From the NCBI GenBank assembly GCA_963772835.1, contig CAVYYZ010000012.1, positions 96,001 through 160,000 on the forward strand: 64,000 bases of DNA, written 5' to 3'. The notes below the pieces were generated by a model that had not been told where the DNA came from, ran no database searches, and was given only the letters and a program-made list of their open reading frames with translations. The position numbers and the translations under genes were made by a program. Source of the DNA: an uncultured delta proteobacterium (GTDB taxonomy: Bacteria > Desulfobacterota > Desulfuromonadia > Geobacterales > Pseudopelobacteraceae). This document shows, piece by piece, positions 40,106 through 51,427 of this stretch (within the stretch, counting starts at the first letter, position 1; each line of letters starts with the position of its first letter).

Positions 40106-40852
40106 ATGATAACTCTGCGAAATGTACATAAGTCATTCGGCACGCAAAAGGTACTTGACGGACTTGATCTCGATATCCCCGATGGCAAAATAACCGCGAT
40201 TATCGGCCCCAGCGGAGAAGGTAAAAGTGTTCTTTTGAAGCATCTTATCGGCCTGCTTCAACCTGACAGCGGTGCTGTCGAGGTTGATGGAGAAAGTATC
40301 CTTGCCCTGCGCCGCTCAGAATTGAACCGGATCCGCGAAAAATTCGGCATGCTGTTCCAGAATGTAGCGCTCTTTGATTCGATGACGGTATTTGAAAACG
40401 TTGCGTTCCCGCTGCAGGAAAAGACCTCGCTTTCGAAAGAGGAGATCCGGGGCAGAGTGCTCTCGGCTCTGGAAGATGTCGGGCTGAAGAACATTGAAAG
40501 CAAATTTCCGGATGAACTCTCCGGCGGCATGAAAAAACGGGTCGGCCTCGCACGGGCGGTTGTACTCAATCCAAAAATAATTCTGTTCGATGAGCCGACC
40601 ACCGGCCTTGATCCGATCATAAAACGGGCGATCCATCAGCTCATAAAGGATACCCACGCCAAATTCGGCTTTACGGCCGTTATTGTATCGCACGAAATAC
40701 CGGATATTTTTGATGTGGCCCAAAACGTGGCCATGCTGTTCCAGGGCAAAATTCTGCAGTTTGGCACACCTGATGAAATTATAAACTCAACCGACCCGGC
40801 TATCCGCCAGTTCATCAGCGGCAGCCTTGACGGACCGATCCAGATGGTTTAG
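40106..40852 (+). CDS. mlaF: MlaF family ABC ATPase
   Basis: GPSGEGKS, LSGGMKKRVGLARA, FDEPTTGLDP. Confidence 0.92.
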   Translation: MITLRNVHKSFGTQKVLDGLDLDIPDGKITAIIGPSGEGKSVLLKHLIGLLQPDSGAVEVDGESILALRRSELNRIREKFGMLFQNVALFDSMTVFENVAFPLQEKTSLSKEEIRGRVLSALEDVGLKNIESKFPDELSGGMKKRVGLARAVVLNPKIILFDEPTTGLDPIIKRAIHQLIKDTHAKFGFTAVIVSHEIPDIFDVAQNVAMLFQGKILQFGTPDEIINSTDPAIRQFISGSLDGPIQMV

Positions 40853-40873
40853 TACGCATTAACGAGGTAACGA

Positions 40874-41326
40874 ATGAATATGATAAAACTGGAAATGATG
40901 GTAGGCACCTTTATGCTGATAGGCATACTCTGTCTGGGATATGTTTCAATTAAACTGGGCAAAGTTGAATTCGGTGGTGGCGATTTTTACTCCGTTACTG
41001 CACGTTTTAATTCTGTTTCGGGCCTGAAGCCGGGTGCACGGGTTGAGGTGGCCGGTGTCGAGGTCGGGAAGGTTGACCGAATAGAGCTCGATAAAAAAAG
41101 CGGCGATATGGCATTGGCCTATCTTAAAATAAATTCCGGCGTAAAGATCACCGATGATGTCATCGCCTCGGTTCGAACGAGCGGAATAATCGGTGATAAA
41201 TTCATCAAGCTCCGACCGGGGGGATCCGAAATCATGCTGAAGAACAACGACCTGATTCGGGAAACGGAATCCGCCATTGATATCGAAGAACTGGTCAGTA
41301 AATTTATCCATGGCAATGTTCAATAA
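40874..41326 (+). CDS. mlaD: MCE protein MlaD
   Basis: N-terminal TM, F..VSGLKPGA.V.VAGV.VG.V, TSGIIGDKFI. Confidence 0.92.
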   Translation: MNMIKLEMMVGTFMLIGILCLGYVSIKLGKVEFGGGDFYSVTARFNSVSGLKPGARVEVAGVEVGKVDRIELDKKSGDMALAYLKINSGVKITDDVIASVRTSGIIGDKFIKLRPGGSEIMLKNNDLIRETESAIDIEELVSKFIHGNVQ

Positions 41327-41350
41327 ACTTTGCTGTATAGGAATATTTCA

Positions 41351-42727
41351 ATGAAATCTTTATTGTGTGCCTGCGTGACATTCTGGGTGCTGTTTGTATC
41401 TGTCTACTCCAGTCTGGCAGCCGACAGTCCGGTTCCTCAAATCAATCTGACCCTTGAAGACTGTATCCAGCTGGCTTTGAAAGCGGCGCCTGAACTGGGC
41501 GAAGCACAGAGCGATATTGATCTGGCTACCAGCAAGCTGAACGAAGCAAAATCATACCGTTTCCCGCAACTGGAACTAAAAACGCTGGCAGGGCCGGCGC
41601 CTACCGCCTACAAGTCCTCTGTCTCACCGATAATCCAGACTGACGAGTCACTTTTCAGCATCAATTCGGTTACCTGGTTTACCAGCGCCGATGCTACCAT
41701 CATCCAGCCTCTCTATACGTTTGGGAAGATCTCCGAAAACATGAAGGCCGCTACCCACGGAATTGAGGTCGATCGATCCCGCAAACAGCAGCGCGCCAAC
41801 GAGATTGTACTAAAAGTTCACGAATACTATAACGGCCTGCTGCTGGCCCGCGAGATGAAAGAGCTGGTACTCGAAGTCGAAGAGATCCTGGTTAAAGCGC
41901 GTGAAAAGGCACAGAAGCTTCTCGATCAGGGATCCGAAACAGTAGATCAGATGGATCTTTATAAACTGGATGCATTTTCGGGAGTTGCAACAAAATATCT
42001 AGAAGAAGCAAAGAAGGGTGAGGCTCTTGCCCTGGCAGCCCTGAGAGCGCGAATGAACCTGCCGGTAGATGCACCTCTGGAAACCGGAAACGAGCGGCTT
42101 GTGATTGTGGACGTCGAAATTTCACCTCTCGAAAAGTATATAGAAAATGCCCGTCTCCGACGCCCTGAATTCCTGCAGATTTCCGAAGGTCTCAAAGCCC
42201 GCTCGGCATTGGTCGAAGCGGCAAAAGCCAACTATTATCCCGATATTTTTCTGGGAGGCCTCGTTTCGTGGGCTTATTCAGATGGTCGTGAACGTATTCA
42301 GAACCCTTATATCAACGACCAGTTCAATCATCTCATTGGCGGTGTTGCCCTCGGTGCCCGATGGAAAATTGATTTCGGTATCACCGGAGCCAAGGTGTCG
42401 AGCGAACGGGCACAGTATAACCGTCTGCTCAGCACCCGTGATTTTGCTGATGTCAACGTACCGCTGCAGGTTGAAAAGTACTATCTTGATCTGATAGAAG
42501 CCAAGAAAAGTGCTACGGCAACACGCAAAGCCTATCTGAACTCCAAGAAATGGCTTGTTACCGCCGTTGCCAACTTTGATTTCGGACTGGGTCCGGCCAA
42601 GGACATTTTCGAAGCGCTTCAGGCTTATTCAAGCATGCGCGCTGATTTTTTCAAATCAATTTACAATTACCGTATTGCAGCAGCCAATCTCGACTATGCT
42701 ACAAACGAGCCTTTACGAACCCCTTAA
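41351..42727 (+). CDS. TolC-family outer-membrane protein inside the mla operon
   Basis: Signal peptide, LTLEDCIQLAL, two OEP-like repeats (AKSYRFP, AKANYYP). Confidence 0.8.
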   Translation: MKSLLCACVTFWVLFVSVYSSLAADSPVPQINLTLEDCIQLALKAAPELGEAQSDIDLATSKLNEAKSYRFPQLELKTLAGPAPTAYKSSVSPIIQTDESLFSINSVTWFTSADATIIQPLYTFGKISENMKAATHGIEVDRSRKQQRANEIVLKVHEYYNGLLLAREMKELVLEVEEILVKAREKAQKLLDQGSETVDQMDLYKLDAFSGVATKYLEEAKKGEALALAALRARMNLPVDAPLETGNERLVIVDVEISPLEKYIENARLRRPEFLQISEGLKARSALVEAAKANYYPDIFLGGLVSWAYSDGRERIQNPYINDQFNHLIGGVALGARWKIDFGITGAKVSSERAQYNRLLSTRDFADVNVPLQVEKYYLDLIEAKKSATATRKAYLNSKKWLVTAVANFDFGLGPAKDIFEALQAYSSMRADFFKSIYNYRIAAANLDYATNEPLRTP

Positions 42728-42744
42728 TAATCCGGAGGTAGTGC

Positions 42745-43335
42745 ATGTTGATACGAATCCTGTTAGTACTGACAACATCGATTTTCATGGTTTCGGCGGC
42801 GTATGCAACTCCAACCGAAGATGTTCAAAAGACAGTTGATGAAGTTGTGCGCATTGTAGCGGACAAGGATCTGAAGAAAAATGCACCAAAACGTCGGCAA
42901 GCTCTTAAAAAAGCAATCAGCACCATGTTTGACTACTCTGAAATGGCGAAACGTTCACTTGGAAAACACTGGAACGTCCGTACATCTGCAGAAAAGAAAC
43001 AGTTTTCAGAACTTTTCGCTACCTTGCTTGAAAATTCATATGCCGGAAAGATCGAGTCATATAACAATGAAAAAATTGTGTACATAAAAGAGCTTGTTGA
43101 AGGAGACCATGCGGAAATTAAATCGAAAGTTGTCACCGCGGCTCGCGACGAATTCACACTTGATTACCGGCTGTTTAAACAAAACGGCAAGTGGATGGTA
43201 TACGATGTTGTTATCGAAGGGGTAAGCCTAGTCTCTAACTATCGCAGCCAATTCAACAAAATTATCACTGCCAACGGCTATGACAAGCTTGTCACAAAAC
43301 TGCAAAGCAAAAATGAGGAATTGAAGGCGCCATAA
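42745..43335 (+). CDS. mlaC: MlaC/Ttg2D lipid shuttle
   Basis: FDYSEMA...LG.HW, W.VYDVVIEGVSLV.NYRSQF. Confidence 0.92.
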   Translation: MLIRILLVLTTSIFMVSAAYATPTEDVQKTVDEVVRIVADKDLKKNAPKRRQALKKAISTMFDYSEMAKRSLGKHWNVRTSAEKKQFSELFATLLENSYAGKIESYNNEKIVYIKELVEGDHAEIKSKVVTAARDEFTLDYRLFKQNGKWMVYDVVIEGVSLVSNYRSQFNKIITANGYDKLVTKLQSKNEELKAP

Positions 43336-43355
43336 ATTAGTAAGTGTGAATTGTC

Positions 43356-43383
43356 TTGACACCCGCTTTATTGCTGTGATAAA
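43356..43383 (+). promoter_or_regulatory. Putative csp promoter giving a ~140-nt leader
   Basis: TTGACA-N16-GATAAA with TG extension; long 5' UTRs are typical of csp genes. Confidence 0.5.
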
Positions 43384-43530
43384 CGACTCGGGCTCGCAGT
43401 TTCGGAAGTTTTTGCAGAACGTTGCAAGTAGCACGTTTGACCAGGCTTTGCGCTTTTCCTGCATCAGACTCCAGAAATTTTGCGGTAACCAAACGTTCCG
43501 GCTTTGGTCGGACAAAAAAGGAGGCAGGAA

Positions 43531-43731
43531 ATGGCACAGGGAAAAGTTAAATGGTTTAACGACACAAAAGGGTTTGGGTTCATCGAGCAGGAAGGCGGCG
43601 AAGATGTCTTTGTTCATTTCTCCGCTATTGGTGGTGATGGTTTCAAATCGCTTGCAGAGGGCGATGCGGTGACTTTTGAAATTACTCAGGGCCCGAAAGG
43701 TCTTCAGGCTGCTAACGTAGTTAAGAAGTAA
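43531..43731 (+). CDS. Cold-shock protein
   Basis: [42 protein letters not shown]. Confidence 0.96.
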   Translation: MAQGKVKWFNDTKGFGFIEQEGGEDVFVHFSAIGGDGFKSLAEGDAVTFEITQGPKGLQAANVVKK

Positions 43732-43763
43732 TGTAACCTGACGTCAGGTAAATATGAACAGTC

Positions 43764-43792
43764 AAAGCCCGCTCACTCAGCGGGCTTTTTTT
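43764..43792. terminator. Bidirectional terminator overlapping the ygiQ-like stop
   Basis: AAAGCCCGC/GCGGGCTTT plus T run. Confidence 0.75.
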
Positions 43793-45594
43793 GTGTTCTT
43801 TTTGTGAGATTGTGAGGCACCGCAATCCCGGACCGTACTGCCCCCCCAGAGCAGTGACATATCACCCTCACGACCCAGTTCCTTCAATGCCGCCATTACC
43901 TTATCGCGTTCGGCAGGCTGATGCCACAGCAGCAGAGACTTCTGTAATCCCTTGTCACGGTCGCTTGTTGCAGTGTAGACGCGTTTTCGGGTCATAGGGT
44001 CGTATCCGCTATAGAACATGCAGGTGGCAATAGTGCCGGGAGTAGGTGTAAAATCCTGAACCTGCTCCACCTGTATTCCCATTTTTTTGAGCGCCAGTGC
44101 CAGTTCAAACATATCAGCCAACGAACAGCCCGGATGCCCCGAGATAAGGTAAGGAACCACATACTGACGTTTTCCAAGCCGGATACTTTCTTCCCGGAAC
44201 CGGGCAAGAAAAGTTTCAAATGATTTCCGCCCCGGTTTTCGCATAATGTCCGTTACCTGATCAACCAGATGCTCCGGAGCAATTTTGAGCAGACCGCTGA
44301 CATGATGTCCGGTCAATTCGCTGAAATAGGCGGGCTGCCGCTCAAGAAGATCATATCTTACACCCGATGAAACTGCCGTATGACGTACACCCTTCAGGGA
44401 GCGGGCAGACTGCAGCAGTGTCGTCGCGGGCGCATCGCCGGTTCGCAGATTCGGGCAGATTCCCGGGAAAATACAACTTTCACGGACGCATTTTTTCATG
44501 GCGTCTGAGTTGTTACAGCCGAGGCCGAACATGTTGGCAGTCGGCCCGCCGATATCGCTTATTGTGCCGTGGAACCAGTGCTTGCGGGTCATAGATGTTA
44601 TTTCAGCAAGGATAGAGCTTTCGCTGCGGGACTGAATCGTTTTGCCTTGATGCATGGTGATGGCGCAGAATGCGCACCCGCCGAAACATCCCCTATGGCT
44701 GGTGATCGAAGTCTTGATCTGCTCCCAGGCCGGAATTGTCTCCACATAGGAAGGATGCGGACACTTATCAAAAGGCAGTGCATAGACAGCATCCATCTCT
44801 GTCTCAGTCAAAGGCAGAGATGGGGGGTTGCAGACCAGTGTCCGGTTTCCATGCTGCTGAGTTACTATCTGTGCGGACCAGGGGTTCTGTTGCAGATAGG
44901 TGTGACGGAAGGCCTCGGCGAATTTTTCCTTGGAGACGGATATTTCCTCATAGGATGGTACATCAATGTGAGGAACATCATCAAGCCCGCCGCAATGATA
45001 TGCAGTGCCCCGCACATCACGGATCTCCCTCAACTGTTCACCATCCAGCATCCTTTCAGCCACCTCCAGAATCGCCCGTTCGGCCATTCCGTAGATCAGT
45101 AAATCCGCTTTAGCATCAAACAGAATTGAGCGGCGCACCTTGTTTTCCCAGAAATCATAGTGCGCAAAGCGGCGCAGCGAAGCTTCAATGCCGCCGATCA
45201 CCACCGGCACGTCCTTGAACGCTTCCTTCAAGCGGGATGTATAGACCATCGTGGCGCGGTTGGGCCGGGCTCCGTGGCGGTTACCGGGTGTGTAGGCATC
45301 ATCATGACGAAGCTTGCGGGCCGGTGTATAATGGGCCACCATTGAATCCATTGCTCCTGCCGAAACGGCAAAGAACAGCCTGGGGCGGCCGAGTGTCATG
45401 AATGACTCTTTTGAACGCCAGTCCGGCTGCGAAATGATACCGACTCGAAAACCGTGAGATTCAAGCCAGCGGGCCAGCAGCGGGACACCAAAAGCGGGAT
45501 GATCAATATACGCATCACCGCTTACAAAGATAACGTCCAACTCGTTCCAGTCACGCTTCAGTATTTCTTCCTGTGTCGTAGGTATAAATGCCAT
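43777..45594 (-). CDS. YgiQ family radical SAM protein
   Basis: [20 protein letters not shown] (CxxxCxxC), [18 protein letters not shown]. Confidence 0.92.
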   Translation of the reverse strand: MAFIPTTQEEILKRDWNELDVIFVSGDAYIDHPAFGVPLLARWLESHGFRVGIISQPDWRSKESFMTLGRPRLFFAVSAGAMDSMVAHYTPARKLRHDDAYTPGNRHGARPNRATMVYTSRLKEAFKDVPVVIGGIEASLRRFAHYDFWENKVRRSILFDAKADLLIYGMAERAILEVAERMLDGEQLREIRDVRGTAYHCGGLDDVPHIDVPSYEEISVSKEKFAEAFRHTYLQQNPWSAQIVTQQHGNRTLVCNPPSLPLTETEMDAVYALPFDKCPHPSYVETIPAWEQIKTSITSHRGCFGGCAFCAITMHQGKTIQSRSESSILAEITSMTRKHWFHGTISDIGGPTANMFGLGCNNSDAMKKCVRESCIFPGICPNLRTGDAPATTLLQSARSLKGVRHTAVSSGVRYDLLERQPAYFSELTGHHVSGLLKIAPEHLVDQVTDIMRKPGRKSFETFLARFREESIRLGKRQYVVPYLISGHPGCSLADMFELALALKKMGIQVEQVQDFTPTPGTIATCMFYSGYDPMTRKRVYTATSDRDKGLQKSLLLWHQPAERDKVMAALKELGREGDMSLLWGGSTVRDCGASQSHKKNTKKAR

Positions 45595-45597
45595 GGG

Positions 45598-46638
45598 TCA
45601 GGGAAACAGCGCCACGCCTTCCAATCCCATTGTTTCAGGGAATCCGCAGACAATATTCATATTTTGAACCGCCTGACCGGAAGCGCCTTTTACGAGGTTA
45701 TCGATTGCCGAAATGACTATAATTCTTCCGGTACGGGCATCAACCCGTGGAGCAATATCACAAAAATTGGAACCGCGCACGAAAGAGGTGGAAGGGAGGT
45801 TGCTATCTGCCAGAATCCGCACGAACGGCTCGCCGTCGTAGAAGTCACGGTACAACCGGACAATAGCTTCAATGGTGACTGGTGTCTTGGGCATCGCGTA
45901 AATAGTTGAAAGTATGCCTCTGTCCATCGGCGCCAGATGGGGAGTAAAAGTTATTTTCAGTTGTTCTCCTGCCAGCAGGGAGAGTTCCTGCTCGATTTCC
46001 GGAGTATGCCGGTGCACTCCGCCGACTCCGTATGCCTTATACCCTTCATTCACCTCACAATACAGGCTTTCAACCTTGGCAGAGCGTCCGGCTCCGGTAA
46101 CACCGGAAGCGGAATCAGCAATGATGCTTGACAGGTCAATCAATCCCTTGCTCAAAAGCGGTGCCAGGCCGAGAATAATGCTGGTAGGATAGCAGCCTGG
46201 GTTGGCAATCAGTTTAGCCAGTTTGATCTTTGACCGCCTGATCTCCGGCAATCCGTAAACAGCTTTCTTCAGGTTGGCCGGATTGAGATGGGGCTCGTAC
46301 CACTCCCCGTAAACCGCCGGGTCGTAAAGACGATAGTCGGCAGACAGATCTATAATCCTTTTACCCAGCTTGAGAAAGGTAGGGACAACCTCCATAGCAG
46401 CTTTGTGAGGCAGTGCCGTGAAGATTATATCCGCTTTTTCAGCGACTCGAACCGGCTCAAGATTTTCGAGCACGATATCACAACGCCCACGCAGAGTCGG
46501 GAACACATCGGAAATGCACTTTCCTGCGCTCTGCTCGGAGGTCATGCAGGTAACAGTAACCTCCGGGTGGCAAAGAAGGATACGGATCAATTCCAGCCCG
46601 GTATAACCACTGGCTCCTACGATAGCAACTTTCAACAT
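45598..46638 (-). CDS. argC: N-acetyl-gamma-glutamyl-phosphate reductase
   Basis: [46 protein letters not shown]. Confidence 0.96.
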   Translation of the reverse strand: MLKVAIVGASGYTGLELIRILLCHPEVTVTCMTSEQSAGKCISDVFPTLRGRCDIVLENLEPVRVAEKADIIFTALPHKAAMEVVPTFLKLGKRIIDLSADYRLYDPAVYGEWYEPHLNPANLKKAVYGLPEIRRSKIKLAKLIANPGCYPTSIILGLAPLLSKGLIDLSSIIADSASGVTGAGRSAKVESLYCEVNEGYKAYGVGGVHRHTPEIEQELSLLAGEQLKITFTPHLAPMDRGILSTIYAMPKTPVTIEAIVRLYRDFYDGEPFVRILADSNLPSTSFVRGSNFCDIAPRVDARTGRIIVISAIDNLVKGASGQAVQNMNIVCGFPETMGLEGVALFP

Positions 46639-46731
46639 GATATGACTCCTTTCAAAGAGCCCTGATACCCAGGGAACATGCATTAACGAGCCGTTTGCTT
46701 TCTGAAAAACGGAAAACTGCGTCTGATTTGT

Positions 46732-46764
46732 AAAAAAAGGGGAAACCCTTGCGGATTTCCCCTT
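46732..46764 (-). terminator. Terminator after rpsI
   Basis: AAGGGGAAA.CC/GG.TTTCCCCTT hairpin with T7 on the minus strand. Confidence 0.7.
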
Positions 46765-46794
46765 GTAACATACCAGAGTGATGTAATCCAGCGA

Positions 46795-47187
46795 TTAACG
46801 CTTGGAGAACTGGAAGCGGGCACGGGCAGCTTTCCTGCCGTACTTTTTACGCTCTTTTATGCGTGAGTCGCGAGTAATGAAACCGGCTTTTTTGAGGACG
46901 CCACGCAATTCCGGCTCATGCAGCAGCAGAGCTTTAGTGATGCCGTGCTTGATAGCACCGGCCTGGCCGGTATCGCCCCCGCCTGAAACAGTCACGTACA
47001 CATCAAATATACCAACTTTTTCAACCAGTTCGAACGGCTGGCGGACTACCATCTTGGAGGTTTCCCGTCCGAAATATTCATCAAGAGTTTTGTGGTTAAC
47101 GGTAAAAGTACCTACACCGGGCTTAAGCCAGACTCGAGCAATTGAACTCTTCCGTTTGCCTGTTCCATAGTAACTGATTGCTGCCAT
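46795..47187 (-). CDS. rpsI: 30S ribosomal protein S9
   Basis: [36 protein letters not shown]. Confidence 0.98.
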   Translation of the reverse strand: MAAISYYGTGKRKSSIARVWLKPGVGTFTVNHKTLDEYFGRETSKMVVRQPFELVEKVGIFDVYVTVSGGGDTGQAGAIKHGITKALLLHEPELRGVLKKAGFITRDSRIKERKKYGRKAARARFQFSKR

Positions 47188-47207
47188 ATCGTTTTCTCCT
47201 TGGAGTA

Positions 47208-47636
47208 TTAAAGTACCAGGTTTTTAGGTTGTTGCGAAGCGTGTGGGTGGCTTGGGCCCGCATAGATTTTAAGCTTGCTGAGCATAGCCCGTGCAAGTTT
47301 ATTCTTTGGGAGCATCCCTTTGACCGCTTTCTTGATAAGTTCTTCCGGCTTTTTTTCAAGCAGTTTGCCAGCCGTAATTTCCTTCAGGCCACCAACGTAT
47401 CCAGAGTGGCTGTAATAAATCTTGTCGGCTAACTTGCGACCGGTCAGTGCGATTTTTTCTGCGTTTACGACGATGACAAAATCACCGGTATCAACACTTG
47501 GTGTGTAGAGTGTCTTGTTTTTACCACGCAGGACACCTGCTATCTGAGTAGAAAGACGGCCAAGGACGGCATCCTGAGCATCAACAACATACCAGTCACG
47601 CACTACATTCTCTGCTTTTGCAACTTCTGTTTTCAT
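47208..47636 (-). CDS. rplM: 50S ribosomal protein L13
   Basis: WYVVDA...[27 protein letters not shown]. Confidence 0.97.
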   Translation of the reverse strand: MKTEVAKAENVVRDWYVVDAQDAVLGRLSTQIAGVLRGKNKTLYTPSVDTGDFVIVVNAEKIALTGRKLADKIYYSHSGYVGGLKEITAGKLLEKKPEELIKKAVKGMLPKNKLARAMLSKLKIYAGPSHPHASQQPKNLVL

Positions 47637-47833
47637 AATTTCCTCACCCGCAGTACAACCTGTAGACAAATACAGGCCAAGATTTTTTTGAAGAGGTGTA
47701 ACTTACTGAAAGTGGCGGACCATGTCAAGGGAAAAATTTTCAGGGGTATTAATTGATCTGATCAATGTTGTAACGGAGCCGATTTCATGTTACAAACATG
47801 CGGCAATTATCAGATTTTTTGGAGTACATACTT

Positions 47834-48121
47834 ATGATGATGACGGTAGCAGAAGTCGAATATGTTGCTCGCCTGGCCCGACTTGAACTCACCGCTGGAG
47901 AAAAAGAGCTGTTTGCGGGCCAGATGGATGCGATCCTCGGTTACGTTGAAAAACTTAAGGAGGTTAATACGGAAGGTGTCGTACCGACTTCACACGCTGT
48001 TCCGATGGAAAATGAATTCCGTGATGATGTGGTTCAACCTTCAATTGGCTTGGGAAAAGCTTTGGCAAACGCTCCCATGGTTTCGGGCCCTTTTTTCGCC
48101 GTACCAAAAGTAATAGAATAG
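47834..48121 (+). CDS. gatC: Asp/Glu-tRNA amidotransferase subunit C
   Basis: V..VARLARL, V.PTSH, NAP...FF.VPKVIE; upstream of gatA. Confidence 0.93.
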   Translation: MMMTVAEVEYVARLARLELTAGEKELFAGQMDAILGYVEKLKEVNTEGVVPTSHAVPMENEFRDDVVQPSIGLGKALANAPMVSGPFFAVPKVIE

Positions 48122-48138
48122 CGTAAGGGACATATACC

Positions 48139-49593
48139 ATGAATATTTTCGACATGACCATACATGAACTTCATACCGCTCTGAAGGGGAAGCAGCTTTC
48201 TTCCCGGGAAGCCACTTCTGCCATGCTGGAGCGCATTGAAGCCGTTGAACCGAAAATCGGTTCATTCATAACGGTAACTCCCGAACTGGCTATGGCCGCC
48301 GCCAAAAACGCCGACCTGCAGATAGCAAAGGGGGAGTGTCACCTGCTGACCGGCATCCCTCTGGCAATCAAAGATATTTTTTTAACAGAGGGGGTCCGCA
48401 CAACCTGTGGCTCCCTCATCTTGAATAAGTTCATCCCCCCCTACAGCGCCTCTTCCTGGGAAAAACTGCGTGACCGTGGGGCGGTCCTGCTTGGAAAGCT
48501 GAACCAGGATGAGTTTGCAATGGGCTCCTCAAACGAATCGAGCGCCTTCGGAAACACTCGCAATCCATGGGACACGACCTGTATCCCCGGAGGGTCGTCG
48601 GGCGGCTCTGCGGCGGCCGTTGCCGCCAGTCAGGCGATTGCGACACTTGGCACGGACACAGGCGGCTCCATCCGCCAGCCCGCCTCGCACTGTGGCTGTG
48701 TCGGTCTGAAACCAACCTATGGCCGGGTTTCCCGTTACGGAGTTATTGCCTATGCATCTTCACTGGATCAGGTCGGGCCTCTGACGCGGGATGTTGCCGA
48801 CTGCGCGGTCATGCTGGAAGTAATAGCCGGTCACGACTCTAAAGACTCCACCAGCGTAAACACCGAAGTACCGGACTATACCGCAACTCTGAAACAGGGT
48901 GTCAAGGGGTTGAGGATCGGGCTGCCGAAAGAGTACTACATCGCAGGACTCGACCCTGACGTGCAACGGGCAATGGATGCCGCCATCGAAACCTTCCGGC
49001 GCCTCGGAGCGGAATTTGTTGATATTTCACTGCCGCATACCGACTATGCAGTGGCAACCTATTATCTGATTGCTACGGCAGAGGCCAGCTCAAACCTGGC
49101 ACGCTACGACGGCGTTCGCTTCGGCCATCGTGCTGAAGCGGACGGGCTGTTGGACATGTATACAAAAAGTCGCAGCGAGGGATTCGGCACCGAAGTCAAA
49201 CGCCGCATCATGCTCGGCACCTACGCCCTGTCATCGGGCTATTATGACGCTTTTTACGTTAAAGCACAGAAAGTGCGCACACTGATCATGAATGACTTCA
49301 TTACTGCATTTGCCGGTGTCGATTTCATGCTGACTCCGGTTGCACCGACACCGGCTTTCAAGATCGGTGAAAAGATCAACGATCCGCTACAGATGTATCT
49401 CTCCGATATTTTTACCATTCCGGTTAACCTTGCCGGGACATGCGCCATGTCGATCCCGGCCGGCTTTTCGGTTTCCGGTCTCCCGATCGGACTGCAATTG
49501 ATCGGCAAACCGTTCGGCGAGGAAACGATCCTCCGGGCGGGTTATGCTTTTGAACAGGCGACTGAGTGGCATACCAGAAAAGCAACGATCTAA
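48139..49593 (+). CDS. gatA: Asp/Glu-tRNA amidotransferase subunit A
   Basis: Amidase signature [29 protein letters not shown]. Confidence 0.97.
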   Translation: MNIFDMTIHELHTALKGKQLSSREATSAMLERIEAVEPKIGSFITVTPELAMAAAKNADLQIAKGECHLLTGIPLAIKDIFLTEGVRTTCGSLILNKFIPPYSASSWEKLRDRGAVLLGKLNQDEFAMGSSNESSAFGNTRNPWDTTCIPGGSSGGSAAAVAASQAIATLGTDTGGSIRQPASHCGCVGLKPTYGRVSRYGVIAYASSLDQVGPLTRDVADCAVMLEVIAGHDSKDSTSVNTEVPDYTATLKQGVKGLRIGLPKEYYIAGLDPDVQRAMDAAIETFRRLGAEFVDISLPHTDYAVATYYLIATAEASSNLARYDGVRFGHRAEADGLLDMYTKSRSEGFGTEVKRRIMLGTYALSSGYYDAFYVKAQKVRTLIMNDFITAFAGVDFMLTPVAPTPAFKIGEKINDPLQMYLSDIFTIPVNLAGTCAMSIPAGFSVSGLPIGLQLIGKPFGEETILRAGYAFEQATEWHTRKATI

Positions 49594-49608
49594 CTTCCGG
49601 AGCAAACT

Positions 49609-51051
49609 ATGAAATACCAACCCGTCATCGGTCTAGAAGTTCACGTCCAGCTCCTGACCGACACAAAAATATTCTGCGGCTGCTCGACAAAATTCGGATC
49701 CGAGCCCAATTCCCAGACGTGCCCCGTCTGCCTTGGCCTGCCGGGCGCTCTGCCAGTGCTCAACAAGAAAGTCGTGGAATTTGCCATCAAAGCCGGCCTC
49801 TCAACCAACTGTTCCATTACGCCGCGCAGCGTTTTCGCCCGCAAGAACTATTTCTACCCCGACCTTCCCAAGGGATATCAGATCAGCCAGTTTGAAGATC
49901 CGATCTGTCAACAAGGATGGCTGGATATACCGATAGAGGGGCAGGAGCATAAAAGAATAGGTATCACCCGTATCCATATGGAAGAAGACGCCGGTAAGCT
50001 GGTACATGGCGAACTTTCCGGTCCCGGTGATGGCTCGGGCGTTGACTTGAATCGGGCCTGCACACCACTGCTGGAAGTCGTCTCCGAACCTGACCTGCGC
50101 TCCTCTGACGAAGCGGTGATCTACCTGAAACAGCTGCATCAGATCGTAACCTGGCTCGGCATCTGTGACGGCAACATGGAAGAGGGAAGTTTTCGCTGTG
50201 ACGCCAACGTATCGGTTATGCCAGTCGGTTCCGAAACCCTGGGAACGCGAGCCGAGATAAAGAACGTAAATTCTTTTAAATTTGTCAAGCAGGCCATCGA
50301 ATATGAAATCCAGCGCCAGATCGACCTGATCGAAGATGGCGGGACGGTGGTTCAGGAAACAAGGCTTTTTGACCCGAACAGCTGCGCAACCCGCTCAATG
50401 CGCAGCAAGGAAGAGGCCCATGATTACCGCTATTTCCCTGATCCCGATCTGGTACCGCTTGTTATCAGCACCGAGTGGGTGGAACGCTCACGTCAAGAGT
50501 TGCCGGAGCTGCCGGGAAAGCGACAGCAACGCTTTATTGCCGATCTGGGGCTTCCTCCGTACGACGCCGAAGTGCTGACCGCAAGCAGAGCTCTGGCTGA
50601 TTATTTTGAAGCCGGCGTTGCCGCAGGCGGCAACGCCAAGGCGGTAGGAAACTGGATTATGGGTGAAATAACCCGGACTCTGAATGACAACGGGATTACA
50701 ATAGAAGCATGTCCCGTCACACCGGACCAGCTGGCGCAGCTTCTGAAGTTGATCGACAAGGGCACTATTTCGGGCAGGATTGCCAAAACCGTTTTTGATG
50801 AAATGTGGCATAGCGGCAAAGCACCACAGACGATCGTCGAAGAGAAGGGTCTACTGCAGGTCTCTGACAGCGGCGCCATCGAGAGCATCATCGACGAAAT
50901 CATGACCGCCAATGCCGGACAGGTTGAAGAGTATCGAAGCGGGAAGGAAAAGGTTTTCGGCTTTTTCGTCGGTCAGATCATGAAAGCCAGTAAAGGAAAA
51001 GCCAACCCGACAGTGGTCAACGAGTTGCTACTGAGCAAATTAAAGAGGTAG
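49609..51051 (+). CDS. gatB: Asp/Glu-tRNA amidotransferase subunit B
   Basis: [44 protein letters not shown]. Confidence 0.97.
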   Translation: MKYQPVIGLEVHVQLLTDTKIFCGCSTKFGSEPNSQTCPVCLGLPGALPVLNKKVVEFAIKAGLSTNCSITPRSVFARKNYFYPDLPKGYQISQFEDPICQQGWLDIPIEGQEHKRIGITRIHMEEDAGKLVHGELSGPGDGSGVDLNRACTPLLEVVSEPDLRSSDEAVIYLKQLHQIVTWLGICDGNMEEGSFRCDANVSVMPVGSETLGTRAEIKNVNSFKFVKQAIEYEIQRQIDLIEDGGTVVQETRLFDPNSCATRSMRSKEEAHDYRYFPDPDLVPLVISTEWVERSRQELPELPGKRQQRFIADLGLPPYDAEVLTASRALADYFEAGVAAGGNAKAVGNWIMGEITRTLNDNGITIEACPVTPDQLAQLLKLIDKGTISGRIAKTVFDEMWHSGKAPQTIVEEKGLLQVSDSGAIESIIDEIMTANAGQVEEYRSGKEKVFGFFVGQIMKASKGKANPTVVNELLLSKLKR

Positions 51052-51061
51052 GAGGTTAGTT

Positions 51062-51424
51062 ATGAACCGGACAGTGATGATTGTCGATGACTCCCTCTTT
51101 ATGCGTAAAATTCTACGCGGCATGCTTGTCGAAAAAGGGTATCTCGTGGTTGCAGAGGCAGCGAGCGGCATTGAGGCCATGAAAAACCTTCATGCCGACC
51201 ATCCGGATATTATTCTGCTGGACATCATCCTTCCCGACTCAAACGGCCTCGACCTCCTGGAGTCAATCATCACAGCCTGCCCGGAGTCAAAAGTGGTTGT
51301 CTGCTCTTCAATCGGACAGCCGCAGGTCATTCGGAAATCATTTGATCTGGGAGCCAAAGCATTTATCCAGAAACCGTTTACTCCCGAAAAGGTAATTGAA
51401 GCGCTTGAAGGCCTGGGTGATTGA
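51062..51424 (+). CDS. cheY: CheY-like single-domain response regulator
   Basis: IVDDSLFMRK, LLDIILP, FIQKPF; directly upstream of cheA. Confidence 0.85.
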   Translation: MNRTVMIVDDSLFMRKILRGMLVEKGYLVVAEAASGIEAMKNLHADHPDIILLDIILPDSNGLDLLESIITACPESKVVVCSSIGQPQVIRKSFDLGAKAFIQKPFTPEKVIEALEGLGD

Positions 51425-51427
51425 CCC

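Noticed and set aside
47752..47766. FNR box between rplM and gatC (ATTGATCTGATCAAT)
   Set aside because: Spacing is TTGAT-N3-ATCAA, not N4, and the context is housekeeping.
48348..48359. 12-nt match (GACCGGCATCCC) between the mini-array spacer and gatA, as self-targeting
   Set aside because: Too short, and the flanks do not extend; compatible with chance in 64 kb.
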